A stretch of 62,749 nucleotides of DNA, counting the filler, from Bipalium vagum (Eukaryota), in NCBI GenBank assembly GCA_037834085.1. It is 3 parts of 3 records of this genome, joined end to end, with 100 filler letters (N's around TTAATTAATTAA, not from the genome) between each part and the next. Parts side by side here need not be neighbours in the genome. Positions count along the whole stretch, not along the records: positions 36,779 to 62,749 come from JBBMKC010167823.1; 2 more parts are not named here. One strand, given 5' to 3'. The position numbers were made by a program, and so were the translations under genes. The notes under the pieces were generated by a model. It did no database searches. It worked only from the letters and a program-made list of their open reading frames with translations, and had not been told where the DNA came from. This document shows positions 39,801-50,652 of this stretch, one piece after another; within the stretch, counting starts at the first letter, position 1, and the number at the start of each line of letters is the position of its first letter.

Positions 39801-42800
39801 TACTTCAATCTACATTTATTATACAAATATAACTCAAGACTAAAAAGTTTTTCTTACAAATATTTATTCTAAACATGTTCCATTGATAATGATGGTATTT
39901 GCATGTCTTTCGAATGTCAATTTCCCTAGATACAACACCTTAAGAAGAAATACAGTTTGTTGTCTGATTTCGAATGTTTTGAGCAGAACTGAATTTATTC
40001 AGAAAGTGATAATAGTAAACCATAACCCGAAATCATATCTGACGAAGACGGTGGGTCATTTAAGAGTTTTCTATTTGCTCCCTGTTAACCACAGAAAAAC
40101 ATCGTTATCATCAAATATATCTGTTTATTTTGTCATCTCCATTCCTTTTTGAACATAACTTTCCTAAACGAATTATAGTCGATTTCGACCCTTAATTATG
40201 GTTTGTGATTATTTCAGTAGTTCAAAAGTAGATGACACATTAACCACCCACTCTAGATACATATCATAAATTAACCATGTATATTATATGCTGTGGTTTA
40301 TTTACCTTTCCCATCTAGCTTCACTTAAACTTCTTTGTGTTTTTGATTGTCTTACTGAATTGCCTCCTGTGGCCATTTAATAATAAAACCCTTTTTTCTG
40401 TCTCTAAAGGCTTCCATAAAATATGTTAGCCGTTTACTCTCTTTCTGTCTATTTATGTAAGAACCAATCGGTACTATTTTACTTTAACAACCCTGTGTTA
40501 TAAGCAAACCAATCATAACACAGGGTTATTTTTAGATATTATTTTATATAGATCATTTATGTTGTTAAAGTAAAATAGAACCTAGCTATGTCATACAAAT
40601 CATTTTTCTAATATGGTTCCTTTGAAATGATAACGGGTTGGAGAGCACAGCATAGTTTATTTGGTTATGATCCTTTATGAGAACCATTATAGATCGGGAT
40701 GATTTAAAAGAATTTATTACCCAAGTACTCAGGCATGAAAATATTGATTTAAGTGGTTATTTTCGCAACATTAGGCGGCTTATAGAAAAAGCCTTGGCGA
40801 GACAAGAATTTCTTTATGTATTTCCACTCGTGCATTTGTTATGAAATTTTGTTTTCCTATATATTTTGAATATTTTTCTATATATTTCTGAATAGCCCTG
40901 TAGTGTGGATTAAGTGCGTGATTTTAATGACTTAAGCTGGAATTTTAAAGCCAATTTTAAACTCTTACATTGTTTGAAAATTTATTTTAAAATTGGAAAA
41001 CCAATTTTTAAAATCAGAAATTTCATTTTAAAATTTTTAATATTGCTGATATTATCTGTAAAAAGTGAGACAATTGTTATGTGAATAGAGAAGCTTTATA
41101 CTTGTACCCTTTGTATTGTGAAAATGTATCTTAACTATTTATACTTTAAGTATTTAAAAAATGATCTTTCAAATCCTGTATTTAAAACAGAGAGAGAGAG
41201 CTTCCATTAAACTCTGATATTCTTATTAAAAATCGAATGTAATAATAATTTTGACACATGATCTGAATGAAAGGATCAAGGAAAGCGGAATTTTTGTTTA
41301 CAAATTATTGGTGCTTGGTTTATTCAATTTAGAAACCTACAAGTATATTATCAATGCCTTTCATCAGACCACCGAAATTTAACAGTCATAAATATTAATA
41401 AGAATTTTTTATTTTTTTCATCATTTTAAATAATTCCGAACTAATCATATTTAAGAAAATTAATAAATCCTTGAATATTTATAAAATATAAAGTTTGAGA
41501 GCATAAAAATAATATGATCCATTATTTTAATGAAATAAATTATTAATATTATTATTATTGACTACTTTTTCCAGTCTATTGATCCAAATGATAAGAAAGC
41601 GATAACCGTCATTATACATGACATAATTGAACGGGAAATAGCAGAATGTCGTTGTAAAGAAAGATTTAAAGTGGTAAATGAAGGAAATAATAAATATCGA
41701 GTATGAATATTTAATTTTGTCAATTGAATTAACTAAATTGTCAAGTTGGGTCACAACAATAAAATGTATATGGTTCGATATTTAAACTCAACTGTCATGG
41801 TCCGAATCGGAGGTGGGTGGCAAACAATTACCGATTTTTTGAAGAAGAATGATCCTTGCAGAGGTAACATATTATAAAATATTCCATTCCATTTCAATTT
41901 ATTATTTTAATTATACCGGCTTTAGTTGGAACATCATACAGTAATGATTTTAAGTTTAAGACACCCCATATAAAACTGAATTGTAATTCATTTATATCAT
42001 TTTCATATTTCATTTAATAAGCTATTTTTAATCATTTAATGATTTTTTTTTTGAATTAAAATTTTATCACTTAAAATTAAATCTTTTATTATTAAGTTAA
42101 ATCATTTAAAATACCATTTTATTATTTAGAAATTTATATGGGTAAACGAACAATAGACAATTCATTATACTGGCAAATTATTGGGGCACATAGTGTCGGA
42201 ACAACTAAGAAGTGCATAGCAGAAGTTTTACAAGTATCCAGGACATGTGTTTTGCAAACAATCCGTCGATTTGAAGAAACAGGAATGGTCAAACACCGTC
42301 CTAGATCTGGGCATCCAAAGCTATTTACTTTTCGAAATGAACGATACTTATATCGTATATGCAGACAGAGTCTTCGTGCAACATCGGCAGAATTGAGGAA
42401 AGCATCGAGTATTAATATATCAGAATCACATGTCCGCAAATTTTTGGTTAAGTACGGACTTAGAGCTAGGACTAGTTATAAAGTTCTTATGTTAAGTGTT
42501 GATAATAGACGGGCTAGAATCCAATGGTGTTCCAGTAGATTAAGTTGGCAAGCAGAAAATTGGAATCGAATTATCTGGACCGATGAATGCTTCTTTGCCT
42601 TGTTTCCTCAAAATCGTTGCTTTGTTGTTCGTAGGTTGTCGTCAGAGACATGGAATCCAGATTGTGTCGTTATTAAGGCTATAAGTGGAGGAAAATCTTT
42701 CATGGTTTTCGGCACAATGACTTTTAGCGGTGCTGGTGTTCTCCATGTCTTCAGTAATAATGTCAAGGCTGATGACTTCATTAAGGCATTAGCGAACTCC

Positions 42801-43750
42801 TTAATACCATCTATTAAATTATTCCAAATCCCAGATTTCATTATTTTTATGGATAATAGCCCTGTTCATAAATCAAAAAAAGTTCAGCAATGGTTGGATT
42901 GGAGATTGGATTCCTGTCACACAGATCCAAATTTTTTTTAAAAACTTGGGATAAAAAATTTTCCTTTCTGATAAGTAAAATATGCTTCAAATGTGTGTTC
43001 CGATCTTCTATAATAAAGCTGACAAATAAAATACGAAACAAACAAATTTGTGAATTTAAGTTGAATTCATCAGTTGATTGAAATTTGAATTCACCAAATA
43101 TCTTTATTATAATTTTTATAATATTATTATTATGTTATTTAAATGATAATATTTATAATATTACTTATAATATTATTTAAACATTGATTGTTTTATTTAA
43201 CATATAGTTACATTGAATTTGTGTATTAATTATAATAAAATCATCAATTACTTTTTTTCCAGCCCAATAATATTAATGGTGATACTGATTTTATTATAAA
43301 AATTATAATAAAACATATTTTATGTGACATTTTATAAAATGAAAATTCCGTACAAAAACTCTTGTTTGATTTACGATTTCTATGATATACTTTTTCAAAC
43401 AATTTCTTTGAATTAAAACATAATTTATATCCTCACAGTGGAGAAATTCGTTCTGCCGGAAGGTCGAAAAAGCAAATCCCTCAAATCTCCGCCACCTTTG
43501 GGTAATAACACAGGAACGATTATTGTAAAACCGAAAACATCTATAAGTAATTTTTATTCGTAGTTTAGAGATTGTATGTCATGGTTTTTCAGGTGAAAAA
43601 TCCCCCAACAACGTTGCCCGTCACCAGCAGTCAGCCTCACCTTTTTCAAGTAAAATCTTACAATTTTACTATTGTCCTAAAATTTAATTAAAAATTCCAT
43701 AAGGCAAAATACCCTCTTCTAACATATCGAGGTCTTCAACTTCCAATTGA
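36807..43750 (+). CDS. Spectraplakin (MACF1/dystonin/short stop-like), 3' part: last spectrin repeats, EF-hand pair, GAS2/GAR domain, SxIP tail; 5' part absent
   Basis: Exons 36807-37097, 37154-37342, 38165-38327, 38373-38500, 38555-38833, 38884-38898, 41575-41700, 41746-41863, (41926-41940 possible), 43439-43546, 43593-43649 and 43704-43750 splice in frame. Motifs CHP, FDFQTWK, CRCKERFKV, STVMVRIGGGW...KNDPCR, EKFVLPEG and SKIP. Confidence 0.93.
37497..37851 (+). mobile_element. Internally deleted mariner (irritans-like) in a spectraplakin intron
   Basis: TIRs CGAGGATCAGTCAAAAAGTAACCTT / AAGGTTACTTTTTGATTGGCCTTCG; retains PYPAYSPDLAPCDFHLF. Confidence 0.85.
37965..38115. mobile_element. pogo/Tigger-like MITE
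   Basis: 151 bp; TIRs CAATAAAACCTCGTTAATTC / GAATTAACGAGGTTTCACTG, followed by TA. Confidence 0.75.
40470..40582. mobile_element. Small fold-back element / MITE
   Basis: 22-bp terminal inverted repeat (GGTACTATTTTACTTTAACAAC / GTTGTTAAAGTAAAATAGAACC, 1 mismatch) plus an internal AACCCTGTGTTAT/ATAACACAGGGTT hairpin. Confidence 0.65.
41939..42941 (+). mobile_element. Tc1-family transposon, 3'-truncated, in a spectraplakin intron
   Basis: Left end TA-CAGT...AAGTTTAAGACACC. 267-aa ORF 42138-42941 with paired HTH, RPRSGHP, IIWTDEC and MDNSPVH; the SPDLNPIE region and right TIR are missing. Confidence 0.85.
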
Positions 43751-43889
43751 TTGACCAAAATGGATCAGCGCTTTATTCTTTGATTAGTGATACCGAAAAT
43801 GGTTCAATGAATTATTTTGTTAATTATTATTTAATAAATTTATAATTATGAAAGTATTTTTCCAATGATTATTAAGTCAACAAAATTAT

Positions 43890-43923
<34 letters not shown>

Positions 43924-46900
43924 TTTTAAAATTATTATTACTATTATTATTATTATTATTATTACTTTTAAAATTATTATTACTATTATAATTATTATTA
44001 TTTACTAAATCAATTATTAGAAATTTCATCGTTATATTTATTCCAAAGCATCTAAAGAAGAAGTTTTGAGTTTAAATAAATCTATGTTGGTGGCATTTGA
44101 AATTGACTTAATTTCCTGTTTTTATATTTAGTTAGTTCAAAAATAATAATTTTGGAAATTAAAAATTTTTCTACATTTTCTAACATTTTTTATATAAATG
44201 ATAGAATTTTTGAAAGTTAAATTTCCAACTTATTATTATGAAATATTAAAAGAAATTAATGAAATAAAAATTCAAATAATTGATAATAATGGTCTATTGG
44301 TAGATTTTGATAAAAAGAAATAAGCTTGTCTGTTCATTTAAAACATTAAATAATTTATAAATGAATGACCCTTTTTGGTTTTTTATTAAATAACACTAGT
44401 AAAATTCTGATCCTCCACAACCAGAAATAAATTTATTACATATAAATTTGGTAATTAATTAAATTGAATTGATTATGATTATCTTTTCTGAAACAGTTTT
44501 TTAAAATATCTTTTTAACTTTATGAGACTGTTTAGATTATGGATTTTCTACAAAAATGTAGATAAGGCAACATAAATAGAATCCAAATTTTAAAGAAGAA
44601 TTTGATTTTTTAAAGATAAATTAAAGTTAGATCAAGAAAAAAAAATAGAAGTGAAGAACGCTTTCCACCAGATAAATTATCTAAAATGTTAATTATATCA
44701 AATGATTTAATAAATAAAAAAATATCGCATGAAAATGTTTTTATTAGACAGACAACAAATGTTCAGTTATATTTCTTTCAATCAATTTTGATTTACATTT
44801 AAGAAGTATAAGAAACAATTCCGTTTTAAATTTATTTTAAATTTCAAAACAAAATAAAAATCAAATTTATTCATATTTATTACTTCATTTTTTGAGATTT
44901 AACAAGATTTAGTTACGTAACCTATTTAAACTCTAAAAAATTATAATCTTTCAAGAAAGTTTCACATTATCAGCAATTTCCTCGGCCTTCACGGCAACCA
45001 CGATTGACATTGATCTATTCCAATGAAAGAATTATTTTGCGTGCCTCATTTAATATTTGACAAGAAGTCAAGATGATGCAATGAAATTGATGATTTTTTC
45101 TGCAGTCCCAGTTTTGATAAAATTTTGCTGTCCCTCTTTGGCCATAAACCTAAACAACTAATGGCAAAGATACTTCATTGTGGATGTGGTTTCTGATTTC
45201 ATTCAGTATATCGTCTCAATGAGATAGATAACAATACATGCTTTATAATTGTCAAATTGGCAATTCACACTGATCAGAAATAGTTTCTTCGACTTTACAA
45301 ATTCAATTTGAAGATCAGCCTCAACATGGACATCTGGTTTAACAAACGTTGAACTACATAATTTTGTATGAAGTTCATTCTAGCATAGATAACCGACTGA
45401 ATATGTTCATCATTATCTATTCTAAAAAATTAATAGTCTGAAGAATTTTGTAACAGCATTAACACATGTATCTATTCTCTATCATTCAGGACACGAATAC
45501 CAGCTTTCATGCAACTGACCAATTTTTTCACAATAAAGATTTTTGAATTCAAACAATACCAATAATGTTTGAGTAACTAAGAAACTTCAAAAAAGTTTAA
45601 AGGGAAGAGAAATCTTAAAAGCAAGTATTTAATGGGGATAATATTTAGATTTCAGATTTAACTTTTGTATCTTATGCAAATTCAGAAGTCTAGAAACTCC
45701 TGTAGAAAGAGATTACAAAATAATATTACCAGTTATACAGGTGCGGACTGTTGTCTGTTCATAAATGAGTTATATTTTATATTTATAAATATAATATAAT
45801 AATTAATCTTGAAATTTCAGTTCTTTTTATTTTAAAATTTGTTACGAATTAACTATACACATTTAAGATTTATATTAAAAGCCTTTTTTGCTATATCTTA
45901 GAAGAATAAAATATGGTTTTTAATTACAAATGCTTTTGAAAAAAATATTTGAAACTTAACAAAAAATTCCTAAAAAATATGGATTGTTAAAAGAACAGAA
46001 ATTCATTATAAAACATTTTTAAGGATTTATGATAATGATGAATTAGAATTTTATTCAACAAAGAATAAATTAAAGACTGCTGTGATAGAAAGATATAATA
46101 AAACCTTGAAGAATATGCAGTTAAATTTCCAGAGCAAGGTAATAAAAACTGGTAAAAATTAATTACCAAATTGAAAATTTTTATAATAGTGAAACTCATT
46201 CGATGATTGCAATATCTGCTAATGAAGTTACTAAATTACCTGAAAAAATTTCAAAATTAAAAATTATAATTATAAAGCGAAGAGGCCAAAATTTCATAAA
46301 AACATAAACTACAGAACAATAATTTTTAATGTATATATATATTTATTTATATGCATTTATTCAATTCTTTATAAGTTTAATAAAACAAAGTCTACTAAAA
46401 GTATATATTATATAAGTACGATATTTTGTTAGCTTTCATTAAAAAATTCCGGGCAAAATCGGTTCAATGATTATATTTTGAAAAGTTTTTATAATTAAAA
46501 TTAATGAAATAAATGTAACTTTTACTTTTATTTTATATTAATTAATCTAGCTAATAAAAATAAATTAAAAATTCTTTGAAGAGAAAATCTATTCAAGTTT
46601 CATTCTTAAAAAAATCAGATAGTTGGTACACTTCTACAAACTTTTAATTAAGAACACTTTAATTAATTAATTAATCGTAATTAAATTAGAATTAAAATTA
46701 TTAAAAAAATATTCCACAATGAAATATATTTCAGTTGATATATAATTTATTAAAATAAGAAATATATTTGTTTTATTAGCTATCAATTAATTAAACTTAA
46801 TTAAAATTAATCAAACCTCTTTAAAAATTAAAAACTTTTACAAAAATTGTCATTTGTTTCGCTCTCATTCAAACTATTTTTCAAAAGAATCAATTGAATG

Positions 46901-48239
46901 GTTTGATAAATACTTTAATATTAGTTCACAGTGTTCAATAGCTTTACGAAACTAACAATGGTAAGTGTTCATAATAACAAATGTAAAAGATGTGAACATA
47001 TTCGAATTCAATTAAATTGAAGAAAAACAATGTTATGATATGTATTAACGCCGTAATTTAAATAAAGTGTTGTAAATTAATGTCAATGAGTTTTTTCGGC
47101 TTATGACATACATTTTTCCAATAATGGCGAACCTAAATTTCCAAGATTAGATCAGGGTCCGCAAGGAAGGACCGATTTAGAATTGTCGTCACAAGTGGTG
47201 AGAGTACCTTAATTTTTATTCATTTTTTTCTTTTTAATTAACCCTTATGTACGAACATTTATTTGATATTGATATTTAATTATTTAATTGATTATTACCA
47301 TTTGATTTTTCTTTTTGTGTAAAAACATTTGATTGCAGACATTTTATTGATCATTTGAAACATTTTTTTTACTGTTTGTATTGCTATTTTAGCAATAAAG
47401 TGTTGTTCATAATTGTTTGATTTATTCATTTGTGTACACGTATAGGCAAAAGTGAAGGGGTCAGTAACTTTGCGATCTAAGGTTACGACAGTGTTCATAG
47501 TGAGATAATATCGTAACAATATGAATATTATATGAATTAGTTAATTACATTTCTATTACATAAATTTAATCCTTATACATATTTGTATATACCTGTTAAG
47601 TTTTCATCAATATCTATTCGAAAAAATCTAGTCTTGGAAGACTAGTGTGAAAGCATTAATACAGTCACCTATTCTAGTATAATATGTTCTTAATAAATCT
47701 ATTCATTGTGTGCAAAGACATTATGCCTTTTAGTTTAAATTTAGGTTATTTACTCTCACACACATATAAAGTGAAAGTCGGTTAATACGATATCCCTTAA
47801 CACGATTATGTAGATATTTCGATATAATTAATTGGGTATAAGTAATCAGGGTACTTTGCGCAAATTTATTTTCAAAGTTATGGAATTTAAAATTTGTCGA
47901 AAATAATATAATAATTTCGAAATAAAATTTTTTGTAAGCCCCAAACTACCTTTAATTGAATAACTAAAACAAGAGGCATAAATTCGGGGTAGCTAATGTA
48001 CAAGTACGGTTTTTATATTAAGAGAGGAAAGATATAACAAAATTACAATAGCAAAAAGATTCCATTTTTGATGTAGACAATGATATTGATTCCTCTGACA
48101 AGTTGTTTGACAAGAGTTTTCAGGTTAATTTAATCAAATAAAAATTTAATTTCAACTATATTCAATTCAACTTAAACTTTATCCAATTTAATTTAAATTT
48201 TGTTTAAAAATTTAATTGCAAGTGCTACATTTCAAATTT

Positions 48240-49020
48240 CAAAATGACAAAAATTCTAAAAAACAATTAGAAGATTATTCGAAAATTTAATAATGGAAAA
48301 TGATGATAGTAGAAGATTTAGATGTAAATTTCAGTACTGTGAAATCCGTGATTTCTCTATATAAAAAAGTAAGGCTAGATAGGTAAATTTATTCAATTTA
48401 TAATTCTTTATAATTGAAAGAATTCACGCTATTAAAATAGAGTACCGAGAGAAAAGAAATACAGTCGAATCTTATCAGTATATGGATGATCGCATAGTTG
48501 AATATTGCAGTGTAACATTGAAAATTTTGCATATTCACGAGCTGCCACAAATGTACTATTTAATCAAGAAAGTAGTACTGGTTTCTGTCGTGAGAAATAG
48601 GGTAAAGAATTTGATTATCCGAGAATGCTATTGCTCTGATTATCTGCTGCAAAATTAATCAAGTATGGTATTTTTCGATGAGTTTGGCATTAGTTGTTCC
48701 ACAAGATTCAATCACGAAGGAAGCCTTATGGGAACAGCAAGAAAAAGTGTTCATGCAATAAGATAGAAAAATATATCGGTTTGTGCAGCAGTAACAAATT
48801 CCAGATTGATCTCTTTTATCATACTGGATAAAGCGTACAACTCTGAAAGCTCTAATGCTTTTTAGTGGAGTATAAGGGTGAAGAAAGAGACAAAATTTTA
48901 AAAAATTTCAAAGCCGTATGAAAAAAAAAAATTATACAGGTAATGGCGAATCTTGATAAGGATTTAAGTAGAATAAGCGCTCTGCGTTCTTATAGAAATG
49001 TTTTGAACAATGAGTTTTAA
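48240..49020 (+). mobile_element. Decayed IS630/Tc1-like transposase remnant (approximate limits)
   Basis: HTH-like EDLDVNFSTVKSVISLY, then VFFDEFG and NISVCAAV segments, with many stops. Confidence 0.55.
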
Positions 49021-49719
49021 GGAAACCAAAAGAGTTAATGAATAAAAATACAGGTCATAAAAAATATTTTGGTCATTATTGATCGTCACAGTAGCTTAAT
49101 TAGATTAATCGTGATTTCAAGATAAGACGAGCGAAATGCAATTCAAAATGCATGTATTTTGACGTTGGAGTACCTCGAGAAATTTTTGTGTAAATTATAG
49201 AAAAGGGTTTGACTCAAAAGTGACAAAAATGTTCATAGAAAATGTAAATGTAAAAGTGTATTTTTCTAGTCCTTGTCACTACCGGACAAGCGGGTTGATC
49301 GAAAGTTAGTTTAGAACTGTAATGGAGGTACTTGCAGTAACCCTTAAAGAGGAACACTATGACACTAGATTCCAAGAGAAAATTTTTCGGAAAAAGAAGT
49401 ATTTCGCGAAAAATGGCTATCAGTTGATCACAATAAAGAATTCACAGACTAGGTCATGCAGCCAGTATTAGAAAAAAAATTGGAGAAAAATTCATTGTAA
49501 AACTGAAACAGAGAAAGAAAAATCAGGACAAATTGAATGTCCTTTTGAAATTTAATGAATATTTATGACAGACGTTATCGTCTCAGAGATGGTCACGGAC
49601 GGGAATTAGAAAGAAATGATAAGTTACGTCGTTTTATAAAGGAAGGAAATATGAGATAACTTAAAATTAATAAATAATTGTTGATATTTTAATTACGCCA
49701 TAATTGAGGTTGTTTAATC

Positions 49720-49722
<3 letters not shown>

Positions 49723-49782
<60 letters not shown>
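49723..49782. repeat. (TAA)20 microsatellite
   Basis: Perfect 60-nt TAA run; explains the spurious poly-Tyr ORF at 49689-49895. Confidence 0.95.
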
Positions 49783-49783
<1 letters not shown>

Positions 49784-49977
49784 TTTTATCGTTAAAAAAA
49801 TAAAGTCTTTTAATGTAATTAATATAAAATAAAACATTTATTTTTATTATTTTCATTTTCATGATTTCTATACTAATGGCTTTATAGTGATTCATAATTG
49901 ATGAGATTTATTGTGAAAATTTATTAGTATTTCACTCTCAGTCAAATGCATTTAACCTGGGTCTATAAAATACAGCT

Positions 49978-50091
49978 TGTGAGATATCTTGAAAATTAGT
50001 CGGGGGATGTAGCTCAGCGGTCAGAACAGTGCATGCGCATGTGAAGGTCCCGGGTTCGAATTCCTGTATCTCCGATTAATTTTCACTAACA
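49978..50091 (+). mobile_element. Solo LTR of the tRNA-containing TRIM, with a 5-bp TSD
   Basis: 114 bp TGTGAGATA...TTTTCACTAACA, flanked by CAGCT at 49973-49977 and 50092-50096. tRNA-Ala(CGC)-like core at 50003-50074 with A box TAGCTCAGCGG and B box GGTTCGAATTCC. Confidence 0.88.
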
Positions 50092-50652
50092 CAGCTCATG
50101 ACGCTCCAGTTGAAGGTAAATGAATGAAAGAGAATTATTAACCTATATTTTCTGTTCAAGTGGTCACTGTCTTTAACATTTTTAACTGTGATTTAATTAT
50201 TTTATTATACTAAATACATATCCAAAATAATAAAGTTATATTTATTTTCTTTAGTCATTATAATTAAATGATTTTTAATATTTATTAAGTTAACTTTTCA
50301 TTAAATTTTTTTAAGTGTTATAAAATCATTTTTTGCATTTTCTTCAAAATATGAAATGCGGAATATGAAATGCGGAATATGAAATTAGTGAATATAAATT
50401 TTTACAGTTTCAAGCAGAGTTTTGTTTAATGATATTATAGGAAATGAGTATTTATTTTTATATTTTCTGTTATTAACTTTTATCTAGAATTAAATTATTT
50501 ATCAAATTTTAACTTAGAAAATTTCTTTAAATTATGAAAACTAATATTTTTTTACTATTTTTGAAATTTCATATATAAATACTGGAAAAAATATTTGTTT
50601 AAATAAATCAATTAAATTAAAAACTTTCACCAACGAACTTATTAAATTAAAA

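Noticed and set aside
46940-47480. ATG|GTAAGT resembling a flatworm spliced-leader end, or a small gene
   Set aside because: No SL stem-loops or convincing Sm site are present, and I could not build a phase-consistent exon chain.
49689-49895. Poly-Tyr ORF
   Set aside because: It is the antisense reading of a (TAA)n microsatellite.
50003-50074. Functional tRNA-Ala(CGC) gene or ordinary tRNA-SINE
   Set aside because: The anticodon stem cannot pair and position 33 is G. The conserved 25-nt upstream flank, TG...CA ends, PBS/PPT in the paired copy and 5-bp TSD fit an LTR rather than a tRNA gene or SINE.
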